From positions 3,234-67,233 of the forward strand of contig JAZRLB010000008.1 of the NCBI GenBank assembly GCA_045646625.1: a stretch of 64,000 nucleotides of DNA, written 5' to 3'. Positions within the stretch are counted from its first letter, which is position 1. The number at the start of each line of letters is the position of its first letter. Below, in pieces: positions 19,689-28,938 of the stretch. A program made the translations under genes and the position numbers. The notes below the pieces were generated by a model. The model saw nothing but the letters and a program-made list of their open reading frames with translations, was not told the origin of the DNA and made no database searches. The DNA is from Candidatus Enterousia sp. (GTDB taxonomy: Bacteria; Pseudomonadota; Alphaproteobacteria; Rs-D84).

Positions 19689-20732
19689 ATGAAAATATGG
19701 ATTGCAACAGGTGGTACTGGTGGACACGTTTATCCTGCATTAAGTGTTGCAGAATGTTTGGCTGAACGTGGTCATAAAATAACAATTTCCTGTGATGGTC
19801 GTGTGCGCGATATGGTGCGTCGTGGTGCACCGTCCGGTACACATTTTGTTCATGTTTGGGCGTCTGGGGTTGGCGCAAAAAGCCGTGCAAAACAAATCTG
19901 GGCATTGACCAAGATTGCTGTATCTGCAATTGCTTTGACGTTGCGTTTTATGGTGTTGCGTCCAAAACGTGTTGTTGCATTTGGCGGTTATGCGTCTGTT
20001 CCTGCGGTATTTGCGGCACATGTATGGCGTATACCAACATTTTTGCACGAACAGAATGCGGCAATTGGTCGTGCGAATAAATTTGCAATGCGTTGGGTGA
20101 AAACCTTGATGACCAGTTTCCCCAGCGTGTCTGGTATTCCAAACACAACAACGCGGGTTGTGTATACGGGATTACCGGTACGCCGTGATTTTATAGCTGT
20201 GTCTAATTCGCCATTGCCAAATGAATCAAAATTATTGGTGACTGGTGGTTCGCTTGGGGCGCAAATTTTAGATGATGTGGTACCTGCCGCGATCGCTTCT
20301 ATGAAAAATAAAAAGATGTTTGTCACGCACCAAACGCGCCCAGAAAATGTTGCGCGCCTGCAAAAGTTTTATGCAGACAATAAAATTCGTGCAAATGTTT
20401 TATCGTTTATTCACGATATGGCGGGAGCGATTGCGGGTTCAGACCTTGTTATCGGTCGCAGTGGTGCCAGTACAGTTGTGGAATTACAAACTGTTGGTCG
20501 TCCGGCGATATTGGTGCCTCTAAATATCAATCCGGACCAGGCTGCAAATGCCGCGTCTTTTGCTAAAACAGGTGGTGGATTTTCGATTGAACAATTTAAG
20601 TTTACACCACGTTGGTTGTCATCCACGCTGACGGAATTGTTTGATAATCCATCTCGTCTGGAAAAAATGGCGGTCAAGGCGCGCGTTGAAAACAATGCAG
20701 TTAATTTGATATGCGATGTGGTCACGAAATAA
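19689..20732 (+). CDS. murG: UDP-GlcNAc:lipid I N-acetylglucosaminyltransferase MurG
   Basis: N-terminal GGTGGHVYPAL and C-terminal GRSGASTVVEL motifs. Confidence 0.92.
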   Translation: MKIWIATGGTGGHVYPALSVAECLAERGHKITISCDGRVRDMVRRGAPSGTHFVHVWASGVGAKSRAKQIWALTKIAVSAIALTLRFMVLRPKRVVAFGGYASVPAVFAAHVWRIPTFLHEQNAAIGRANKFAMRWVKTLMTSFPSVSGIPNTTTRVVYTGLPVRRDFIAVSNSPLPNESKLLVTGGSLGAQILDDVVPAAIASMKNKKMFVTHQTRPENVARLQKFYADNKIRANVLSFIHDMAGAIAGSDLVIGRSGASTVVELQTVGRPAILVPLNINPDQAANAASFAKTGGGFSIEQFKFTPRWLSSTLTELFDNPSRLEKMAVKARVENNAVNLICDVVTK

Positions 20733-20736
20733 TAAG

Positions 20737-20765
20737 AACCGCCGAATGGCGGTTTTTATTTTTTC
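20737..20765 (+). terminator. intrinsic terminator after murG
   Basis: AACCGCC-GAAT-GGCGGTT hairpin followed by a T-rich run. Confidence 0.75.
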
Positions 20766-21373
20766 TTGCACGAAAATTCTGTGCCGATTTTGTTTTGGAT
20801 TTCGTCTTGCTGACGTTCGAATATAATTTGTTCACGTGTTTTGATATTGTTGCGAACCAAGAATCTATTTTGATTTTCTATATACTTTTTTTGTTGTTTG
20901 GAATCCAGGGCTGCGATTTGTCGTCCGCGTTCAGTGTTAAAAAATTCTGGTCTGAATTCGTATTCCCACGACAGTCTTATTCTGTCACCATCCCACAGAC
21001 ACGCAGACACGCCGTCTGGGGCAATGCGACCTGTGGTATGATTTTCGACGGCATATAAAATCTGTTGTGCGGTTTTTTCGGGGATGTCTTTATAATTGCG
21101 TGCCAAAAAATCGCGTCCGATAATCGCGGCCTGTGGACCGTGCTCTGTGCACCATGCATCGTGTTCACGTGCGCAGTCGTGCAGAGCCGCCGCCAGCATT
21201 ACAGGTAATACATCCTGTTTAATATACAGTGCAATATCTATGGCGAACATTGCGACCTGACAGGTGTGGCTAAGCCCGTGATAACCAAATCTGGATTGTG
21301 TTGTAATTTTTTCGATTTGAGGCAGTATCTGCTCAAAGAACAAATGTGTGTAGTAAACTTTGTCGAATTTCAT
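20756..21373 (-). CDS. HD-domain protein (putative metal-dependent phosphohydrolase)
   Basis: H...HD signature (HGLSHTCQV ... AAALHDCARE). 205 aa. Confidence 0.65.
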   Translation of the reverse strand: MKFDKVYYTHLFFEQILPQIEKITTQSRFGYHGLSHTCQVAMFAIDIALYIKQDVLPVMLAAALHDCAREHDAWCTEHGPQAAIIGRDFLARNYKDIPEKTAQQILYAVENHTTGRIAPDGVSACLWDGDRIRLSWEYEFRPEFFNTERGRQIAALDSKQQKKYIENQNRFLVRNNIKTREQIIFERQQDEIQNKIGTEFSCKKK

Positions 21374-21408
21374 TTTTTTATAATCTTATATATTTTTAGA
21401 TAAAAGGC

Positions 21409-21436
21409 TTGCAAAAAATATATTAAAATGTATAAT
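21409..21436 (+). promoter_or_regulatory. near-consensus sigma70 promoter of the marR-efflux operon
   Basis: TTGCAA (21409-21414), 16-nt spacer, TATAAT (21431-21436). The inverted repeat TTAAAA-A-TTTTAA at 21439-21451 lies just downstream. Confidence 0.5.
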
Positions 21437-21489
21437 GATTAAAAATTTTAATAATTTTCCAAACCAACAACATTATACAGGTGAAACAT

Positions 21490-21945
21490 ATGGCGCGCAA
21501 GGAATTTGTACGTTTAATGGAAGAAAATATTTGGATTCTGGATAAAATAGCCGACAAAGTCCGTACGGATCGTGTAGATACAACGGGCTATTCTCGTCAG
21601 ATGATATCAATCTTGGTGCGTTTGCACAATGGTGGTCGTGCGCGATTAAAGGACATTGCGCGTCGTGAACACGTGTCAGCGCCAAATTTATGTGCCGCAT
21701 TTAGAAAACTAGAGGCGGACGGAATGGTTGCTCGTACAATTGACGAAGATGATCGTCGCAATACCTGGTATTGCGTATCGTCTGATGGTGCGGAATTGGC
21801 ACGTGCTGCAATGGAAGTGTTTCGAGCTGGTATTGAACGCGTGTTTTCGTCGTTGTCTCGTGAAGACGAAGCGCGTCTGACTGGTGCGCTGCGTACTATG
21901 CGCGATGTTATTAAAAAGGTGGAGTTAAATAATGAGCAAAATTAA
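21490..21945 (+). CDS. MarR-family transcriptional regulator
   Basis: Winged-helix region (ILVRLHNGGRARLKDIARREHVSAPNLCAAFRKLEADGMVAR...DRRN). AGGTGA RBS before the ATG at 21490. Overlaps the start of the TolC-like gene. Confidence 0.8.
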   Translation: MARKEFVRLMEENIWILDKIADKVRTDRVDTTGYSRQMISILVRLHNGGRARLKDIARREHVSAPNLCAAFRKLEADGMVARTIDEDDRRNTWYCVSSDGAELARAAMEVFRAGIERVFSSLSREDEARLTGALRTMRDVIKKVELNNEQN

Positions 21946-23263
21946 AGCCATATCAATGGTCGCATTTATTTGCGCCGGTGTATGTTTTTCGCCGGCGTAT
22001 TCTTTGGACTTGTCGTTAAGCGGCGCTGTTGAAAAAATTGAAAAAGAATCGCACGATTTAAAACGTGCCCAAGCAAATGTGAACAAAGCCGAAGCGTCTC
22101 TGGATGCTGCTAATGCAAACCGTTGGTTTTCATTAGAAGGTACCGCATCCTATATGAATTTGGTGAATATTGAAAATCCATCTAAGTCAATGGGGATTGA
22201 ATTGCCGCCTGCATTGGGTGGTTTGATTTCTGAATCGTTAAAGGACCAGTCTGTATACATCGAGATTCCAGATAATATTTTTTCTGCAGGATTGTCACTG
22301 ACCCAGCCTATTTATACATTTGGCAAAATCGGCAACGCGGTAAAGTCGGTAAAGTCTGCAATAAAAATGGCTGAATCTTCGCGTGAATTAACCCGTCGCG
22401 AGGTGCGCTATGCGGCCGCTGATTTATATTGGACGGCCAAAATGACAGATGAAATGGTTGTGCTGGCACAAAAGGATTTAAAGAATGCGCAAACCGCAAA
22501 AAGTAAATTAACATCTGCGGGGCGTGCGCATCGCAGTAATTTGTTAAAAATAGAATCGGATATTATTTCCAAAGAAGTAAATTTAGCCCAGACTAAATTT
22601 AATCGCGATACTGCGCACCGTATGTTAAAAATTATGGCGGGCATAGATGTTAACGAAGAGTTGGTGCTGACTGATAATTTCCCAACAGAATTTTCTGCAT
22701 TGAATGCGCCGGAATTAAAATCCACACCCCAGTGGGAACTTTTGGATGAACAGGTAAATATGTACGAACGTCTGGCGCGTTCCAAGCGTGCAAACAATTA
22801 CCCAACATTGGCGGCAACTGCATCATATACATATTCTGCAATGTCTGGCGACGCAGGGCATTTATTTGATGAACGTGGTGGCCAGTCTGCGTATTGGGGA
22901 CTTGCGCTGCAAATGCCGATATTTAATGGTGGCCTTAATCGTGCCAATGCCACGGTCGAAGCGATGAATGCCGCCGCTGCGCGTGAAGATTTAGCGCAAT
23001 CTAAAAAAGTCACAACTGAACAATATAATACTGCGATTGCTCGGTACGATATGTTGCGTGATAATTTGGTGTCATTGGAAAATGCGCGTGATTTGGCGCA
23101 AAAAACGTATGACTTATCGCAGAATCGTTTTGCGTCTGGTCAAACATCGGCCGTTGAATTGGCAGATGTGTCGGCGGGGCTTTATTCGTTGGATGTATCT
23201 GTATTACAGATGAAGTACAATATTTTAATGTCTGCGGAAACTGTGAAAAAGTTAGGTGAATAA
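21932..23263 (+). CDS. TolC-family outer membrane efflux protein
   Basis: 443 aa with a signal peptide and two-repeat OEP organisation with coiled-coil segments. Lies in an operon with the adaptor and the RND pump. Confidence 0.82.
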   Translation: MSKIKAISMVAFICAGVCFSPAYSLDLSLSGAVEKIEKESHDLKRAQANVNKAEASLDAANANRWFSLEGTASYMNLVNIENPSKSMGIELPPALGGLISESLKDQSVYIEIPDNIFSAGLSLTQPIYTFGKIGNAVKSVKSAIKMAESSRELTRREVRYAAADLYWTAKMTDEMVVLAQKDLKNAQTAKSKLTSAGRAHRSNLLKIESDIISKEVNLAQTKFNRDTAHRMLKIMAGIDVNEELVLTDNFPTEFSALNAPELKSTPQWELLDEQVNMYERLARSKRANNYPTLAATASYTYSAMSGDAGHLFDERGGQSAYWGLALQMPIFNGGLNRANATVEAMNAAAAREDLAQSKKVTTEQYNTAIARYDMLRDNLVSLENARDLAQKTYDLSQNRFASGQTSAVELADVSAGLYSLDVSVLQMKYNILMSAETVKKLGE

Positions 23264-23265
23264 AA

Positions 23266-23865
23266 ATGGAAAAAATACAAATTGCAATGGCAACAAAAAG
23301 GTTCAAAAAAATCGTTTTCATATCATTGATGGCTGTATTATTGGGTTGGGTGATATTCCGCTTTGCGGTTGTTGCCTCTGAAAACGCGCGTTTTGTTTAC
23401 AATGCGACACGCGTTGCAGCGGATTCTGGCACACCTGTTATGGTGACAGAAATGTCAAAAAAGACCGGCGTGTTGTACGAACCGCTATCGGTAAAAAACA
23501 ATCGTGCATATGTATCTGCGTCATGTGCGTCAAAACTGCGTGCTGGTCAAAAGGTTGCTAATGGGAAAATTGTATCTGTGTCAACCGACATAGATTTTGA
23601 TACGGGTATGTACATTGTGCGTACATCTGGTGTGTCAGATGGTTTGCAGATGGCTGAATTTTCTGCGACGGGATATTTTGTTCCGTTGTACGCAATCACA
23701 GGCAGTACGGTATACGTTGTTGAAAACGGTGTCGCAACAGCGCGTGATATCAAAATTGCCCGCCAAGATTCTGAAACCGCATACGTTGAGTCAGGTTTAA
23801 AAAATGGTGACCTGGTTATCTTGTCATCGGTACGCGCCGGCGACAAAGTTCAAATAAAAAAATAA
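23266..23865 (+). CDS. minimal (199 aa) periplasmic adaptor-like protein of the RND system
   Basis: N-terminal membrane anchor. The C-terminal pattern VYVVENGVATARDIKIARQDSETAYVESGLKNGDLVILSSVRAGDKVQI matches the beta-barrel and membrane-proximal end of HlyD/MFP proteins. No room for a coiled-coil hairpin. Sits in the position between TolC and RND. Confidence 0.55.
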   Translation: MEKIQIAMATKRFKKIVFISLMAVLLGWVIFRFAVVASENARFVYNATRVAADSGTPVMVTEMSKKTGVLYEPLSVKNNRAYVSASCASKLRAGQKVANGKIVSVSTDIDFDTGMYIVRTSGVSDGLQMAEFSATGYFVPLYAITGSTVYVVENGVATARDIKIARQDSETAYVESGLKNGDLVILSSVRAGDKVQIKK

Positions 23866-23888
23866 TATCAGAGCAGGGGGTATAAATT

Positions 23889-26800
23889 ATGTTAAAATTT
23901 TTCGTTCGCAGACCAATTACAACAATAATGTTTGTTTTGGTATGGGTTGTATTGGGTTTAGTTTCATTTCCGAATATGAATGTTGAACGCACGCCTGCGT
24001 TGGATTTTCCTATGGTGACGGCGACGTTTATTTATCCTGGGGCAGCGCCATCTGAATTGGAAACCCAGGTTGTAAAGCGCGCCGAAGACGCGATGAGTGA
24101 AGTTTCAGAATTAAAGAAAATCACATCGTACGTCTATGAAAACAGCGCAATGGTAATGGCTGAATTTAATCTGGGCGTAAACGTTAACGACAAAGCAAAC
24201 GAAGTAAAAACAAAATTAGATTCACTGATTTCAGAATTTCCATCCGATATGGAAAATCCTGTTGTTGAAAAGTTGAATCCACTGCAACAGTCCGTGGTTG
24301 ATATTGTAATTCGCGGCGCCGACGCACGTGCGGTCGAAGAATATGTTGATGATATTTTATCCACCAAGATTACAGGCGTCCAAGGTGTGGCCAGTTTATC
24401 CGTATTTGGTGGTCGTGAACGCGCAATCAGAATCGCATTAAATCCAGATTCTATGGCGGCGCACGGTGTGACTGTGATGGATGTTGTATCGGGCCTGGGG
24501 TCACATAACCTAAATGTACCTGGTGGCAAGATAGAAACATCGTACAATTCATCGAACGTCCGTTTTATTGGTGAATTTGCATCCATAGATGAAATTGCGA
24601 ATTTACGCCTGACCACATCCGAAGGAGACAATTTTAAATTATCTGATATTGCACAAATTTCAGATGCCGCACGTGATATTGAAAATGGTGCGCGCTATAA
24701 CGGCGAACCTGTTGTAATTGCGTCAGTGGTCAAGGCATCCGACGGTAATGCGGTAAATATTTCTGGCGAATTGCGTGAAAAAATGCCTGAATTTCAGGCT
24801 GACCTGAAAAGTCATTTTCCAGACGCCGAAATGTTAATTGTATCAGACTCTTCAATTGCTGTATCTGATGAAACAGACAGTACAATTAACGGTATTATTT
24901 TGGGTGTTTTGTTAACGGTATTGGTATTGTTGGCATTTACGCGCAACTGGCGTTCGACCGTTATTGCGGGTGTTGTTATCCCGGCGTCTTTGGTTGCAGG
25001 TTTCTTCTTTATGGATAACAGTAACTTTACAGTCAACGCATTAACATTGCTGGCGTATTCATCTGCATTGGGTACATTGGTGTCGAACGCGATTATTCTG
25101 ATTGAATCTGCATTGCAGGAAATGCGCGCCGGAAAAAATCCCGAAGATGCCGCAATCGACGGTACGAAAAGCGTTGCGGTATCCGTATTGGCTGGCGTCG
25201 GTACAAACGTTGTAGTGTTTTTGCCATTGGCGTTTATGGGTGGGATCGTTGGCCAGTTTATGGTCCAGTTTGGTATGACGGTTGTGTACTTGACATTGTT
25301 ATCTTTGATGTTCTCATTCACATTGACACCAATGATGATTGCCAAATTCCTGCGTCTGACAGATAAGAATAACAAGTCTGCAAAACAAAAGCAGACCGCA
25401 TATCCAAAACCAACCAGTACAGGCTGGATGCGTCGCTGGTTTGATTATCAGGCATCTCATCCTTGGCGTGTGATTGGTATGGCTGTGGCGATATTTATTG
25501 CATCAACAACATTGATGAAATTTGTTGGTAATGAATTCTCGCCTACAACGGACGCGAATGAAATTACAATTACTGCACGTGCACCAATGGGGTCGACATA
25601 TGAAAAGTCTGAATCGATCGCGGTTCAAATCGAACAGCGTTTGAAACAATTCCCCGAAATTGCTGCGACGACCGTAAAAATTGGTGACCAGGGTTTACAG
25701 AATATCGATATAACGATTGAATTGGTTGATGTTTCTGAACGCGATTTGTCCGACAAAATGTTGGCCCAGAAAATTCTGCCAGCAATTGCGGATATTCCGG
25801 ACGCAGAAATTCAAATCCGTGCAGGCGAAGCGCAATCGGCCGGTTCTTCGTCGGACTTGGTGTTGAATTTGTTTGGTCCAGACGACGCAAAACGCGAAGC
25901 GTACGCGGCACAAATTATCGATATGATTAACCAGATTCCCGAAGTTCAATCAGCGGTTCGTGCCCAGCAATTGCCTGCGATGGAAACTCAGTTTGTCCCA
26001 GACCAAGATAAAATGAATTTCTGGGGTGTTCAAAATGCGTATGCTGGAACAACATTGCGTACTGCATTGTATGGCAACGATGATTATAAATACAAAGAAA
26101 ATGGCGAAGAATATCCAATCGTTCTGGAATTTGCTCGCCCATTTAAAAATGCGTCATTGTTTGACAATGTGTATGTGAATTCGCAAAAGGGTATGGTTCC
26201 ATTGTCATCATTGGGTGATGTTAAAATGGAACGCGCCGTTCCAGACATCTTTCGCCAGGATAAAAATCGTTTGACTGAAATCGATATTAATATTGGTAAA
26301 TCTACAATGGGCCCGGTTCAGGCAAAGATTCAGGCTGGTTTGGATGAAATTGATTGGGAATATGGTTATTACACAGAATTCGGCGGTATGTCTGAATACC
26401 AGGTCGAAGCGGCCGCAGAAATCGGAAAAGCCTTTTTGTTGGCGACAATTCTGACCTTTATGTTGCTGGCGGCGATACTGAATTCATTGGCGCATCCATT
26501 TACAATCGCAACGTCTATTTTGACCAGCTTTACAGGTGTATTTATCTTGATGTTTTTGTCTGGTGCGACAATGAACATTGGTGCGATGTTGGCCTTTGTT
26601 ATGCTGGTTGGTTTGGTGGTTAACAATAACATTCTGGTATTGGAACCAACTATTAACCGCATCAACCGTGGCGAAGATATGCACACCGCCCTTTGGGCTG
26701 AATTGATGGACAGAAAAAATATGATTTTGATGACATCAATTGCGGTTATGGCAGGTATGGTTCCCCAGTTGTGGTCAATTGACGGTATGAAGGTTGCTAT

Positions 26801-26918
26801 GGGTGCCGTGATGATTGGCGGTATGTTTGCAAGTCTTGTGTTTACATTCACCCTGACGCCTGCGTTGTTCTTCTTGATTGAACGTGCGCGTCATTGGAAA
26901 CCAAAGTGGCGCAAATAA
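23889..26918 (+). CDS. RND efflux transporter permease (AcrB/HAE family)
   Basis: 1009 aa. N-terminus FFVRRPITTIMFVLVWVVLGLVSF, 12-TM layout with two large periplasmic loops. Confidence 0.9.
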   Translation: MLKFFVRRPITTIMFVLVWVVLGLVSFPNMNVERTPALDFPMVTATFIYPGAAPSELETQVVKRAEDAMSEVSELKKITSYVYENSAMVMAEFNLGVNVNDKANEVKTKLDSLISEFPSDMENPVVEKLNPLQQSVVDIVIRGADARAVEEYVDDILSTKITGVQGVASLSVFGGRERAIRIALNPDSMAAHGVTVMDVVSGLGSHNLNVPGGKIETSYNSSNVRFIGEFASIDEIANLRLTTSEGDNFKLSDIAQISDAARDIENGARYNGEPVVIASVVKASDGNAVNISGELREKMPEFQADLKSHFPDAEMLIVSDSSIAVSDETDSTINGIILGVLLTVLVLLAFTRNWRSTVIAGVVIPASLVAGFFFMDNSNFTVNALTLLAYSSALGTLVSNAIILIESALQEMRAGKNPEDAAIDGTKSVAVSVLAGVGTNVVVFLPLAFMGGIVGQFMVQFGMTVVYLTLLSLMFSFTLTPMMIAKFLRLTDKNNKSAKQKQTAYPKPTSTGWMRRWFDYQASHPWRVIGMAVAIFIASTTLMKFVGNEFSPTTDANEITITARAPMGSTYEKSESIAVQIEQRLKQFPEIAATTVKIGDQGLQNIDITIELVDVSERDLSDKMLAQKILPAIADIPDAEIQIRAGEAQSAGSSSDLVLNLFGPDDAKREAYAAQIIDMINQIPEVQSAVRAQQLPAMETQFVPDQDKMNFWGVQNAYAGTTLRTALYGNDDYKYKENGEEYPIVLEFARPFKNASLFDNVYVNSQKGMVPLSSLGDVKMERAVPDIFRQDKNRLTEIDINIGKSTMGPVQAKIQAGLDEIDWEYGYYTEFGGMSEYQVEAAAEIGKAFLLATILTFMLLAAILNSLAHPFTIATSILTSFTGVFILMFLSGATMNIGAMLAFVMLVGLVVNNNILVLEPTINRINRGEDMHTALWAELMDRKNMILMTSIAVMAGMVPQLWSIDGMKVAMGAVMIGGMFASLVFTFTLTPALFFLIERARHWKPKWRK

Positions 26919-26924
26919 CCAGGT

Positions 26925-26949
26925 TCCCCCGTTAGACGGGGGATTTTTT
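26925..26949 (+). terminator. intrinsic terminator after the RND gene
   Basis: TCCCCCG-TTAGA-CGGGGGA hairpin followed by T6. Confidence 0.8.
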
Positions 26950-26950
26950 A

Positions 26951-28897
26951 TCAATTCCATCGACGTTTCACAAATGTATGTCGAACATTTCCATTGGGAT
27001 AAATTACAAAACCACCGCCCAGAATTTTATTCTGACAATAACCTGATTTGATATCAAAATAAGAAACAATATATTTTACGTGTTCGTCATCGCACAGTGA
27101 TTTTATGTTCTGCATCAGTGGCATAAATTTTTGCACATAGACAATATCGTGATATCTATAAATGCCTTTGTCGTGTTTACGGCGCTTGTTTGGTGTATTT
27201 GTTTCTTCTCCGTTAATTTGTTTCCAGGTATCAAATGCAAAATAGTGATTAGATGCGCGCGATTTATTAAATTCCAGTTTTCCATCATCACCTACAAACG
27301 CAACCAGTTCATTATCGTATGTCGCATAGAAAATAGGTCGTGGTGTCACACAAACAATCCAGGCTCCAGCTAAACAAAATATTCCAAATAAAATATAATT
27401 AACTTTTACTTTAATCGGACGCACCAGTATCAGTGCAACAAACCCAATAACAATGCAAATTGTTGCAATATTTGATACGTATGGCACATTAATTATCGCC
27501 CAGGGCAGATTTGCAATGCCATCTGCAATCCCTAGTGAAAAATCGTATAATCTGTGTGCTGCGTCAATTGCAGTTGTTGTCCCAAGCGCAGCGCCAATTA
27601 AAACCAGTGGCATAATTACAAAAGAAAATATCGGCAACAGTACAAGATTGCCAATCAATCCATAAATTGGAATTGCGCCAAAATGTATCGCCACAAAAGG
27701 CGCGGTAAATATTGTTGCGACAACAGAAGTTATAATACAGGCGTAAATTATTTTTATAAATTTACTACGTGGCATTTTTGGCTTAACATTGGAATATATC
27801 CAAACTAATCCGAACGCCGCTGCAAATGACAACTGGAACCCTGCTTGCATAACATAGTGCGGATTTATCAAGAATATAAAACAAAACGCCAATGCAATAT
27901 TTCGCAGCGAAATCGCACTGCGTCCACAGGCGAATGCCAAGAAAACCAAGGTTGTCATCATAAATGCACGAATTGTTGCAACATCCATTCCTGACAAAAA
28001 CAGATATCCCAATAGCACCACCCAGGCACAACCCATCGCGGGTATTCGTGCGGGAACGCGTCGTGCAATATATGGTGTTGCGCGAAACAGAAAGTAAAAT
28101 ATCAAAAATGTCCATCCCCCAACCAGTGTCATATGAAAACCACTGATTGACCAAACGTGACCGATACCCGATGCAGTCCAAATCAGTGCGTCATCACGTG
28201 GAATTGCATTTTTATACCCCAGCACTAAACTGTCCACCAAAAATGAATTAGCCTGCGTATGAATCGCATTGCGCAGTGTGTTAATATTTGTTTGATGATT
28301 GTTTTCTATAATCGTCAAATCGTTTGCGTATCCTGTGGCGGTCAGGTTGTTAAAATATGCCCATCGTGCATAATCGAATGTTTCTGGTGCGTATGCACCT
28401 GCAGGTTTAAATAATCCTACGGTTGCGTGCACGGTATCACCAACGTGCGGCATTGTGGCGGAATTGTCAACCGAAACACGAATCTGGGCACGTTTATTTT
28501 CTGTGCCGATATCGTAGCCATCAACAGATAAATAAATTCTGGTTTTGTCATCTGTAAAGTCGATGTTTTTAACCACGCCAACAATATCAATATTGTGTTT
28601 GTTGTGTTTCAATTTTGGTGTATCAATCCAATCAGTAAAGGCTGATGCATAACAAAAACCAAAAATAAATATCAGTACAGCCCGCAGTAAGTTTGGTATT
28701 TGGCGTATAAAAATCGCAGCCATCAATAATAATAAAATAATCGGTGCGCACATCAGTTTTGGCTCAAAAGGTAATGTAAAATATAAAGCAGCCCCACCTG
28801 CCATCAGGAAAGGCACATATAAAAACAAATTCTGATACTGATTATCCAACCAATCACGCATATGAAAAGTATAGGAATTTATTCGATTGCGTCGCAA
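26951..28897 (-). CDS. comEC: ComEC/Rec2-family DNA internalisation channel (no metallo-beta-lactamase domain)
   Basis: 648 aa polytopic protein with an N-terminal OB-like (DUF4131-type) segment and a Competence domain (WSISGFHMTLVGG, FQLSFAAAFGL). The start may be the internal MRDWLD (28861). Confidence 0.82.
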   Translation of the reverse strand: MRRNRINSYTFHMRDWLDNQYQNLFLYVPFLMAGGAALYFTLPFEPKLMCAPIILLLLMAAIFIRQIPNLLRAVLIFIFGFCYASAFTDWIDTPKLKHNKHNIDIVGVVKNIDFTDDKTRIYLSVDGYDIGTENKRAQIRVSVDNSATMPHVGDTVHATVGLFKPAGAYAPETFDYARWAYFNNLTATGYANDLTIIENNHQTNINTLRNAIHTQANSFLVDSLVLGYKNAIPRDDALIWTASGIGHVWSISGFHMTLVGGWTFLIFYFLFRATPYIARRVPARIPAMGCAWVVLLGYLFLSGMDVATIRAFMMTTLVFLAFACGRSAISLRNIALAFCFIFLINPHYVMQAGFQLSFAAAFGLVWIYSNVKPKMPRSKFIKIIYACIITSVVATIFTAPFVAIHFGAIPIYGLIGNLVLLPIFSFVIMPLVLIGAALGTTTAIDAAHRLYDFSLGIADGIANLPWAIINVPYVSNIATICIVIGFVALILVRPIKVKVNYILFGIFCLAGAWIVCVTPRPIFYATYDNELVAFVGDDGKLEFNKSRASNHYFAFDTWKQINGEETNTPNKRRKHDKGIYRYHDIVYVQKFMPLMQNIKSLCDDEHVKYIVSYFDIKSGYCQNKILGGGFVIYPNGNVRHTFVKRRWN

Positions 28898-28938
28898 TGA
28901 AAATTTTCGTACAATTAAATTCCATAAGGGGGCTTCTT

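Noticed and set aside
28897-28938. A 14-codon N-terminal extension of pyrG starting at 28897.
   Set aside because: CTP synthases begin at the conserved M(A/T)xYIF(I/V)TGGV motif. The extension would start at the very base where the divergent comEC ORF begins and adds non-conserved residues.
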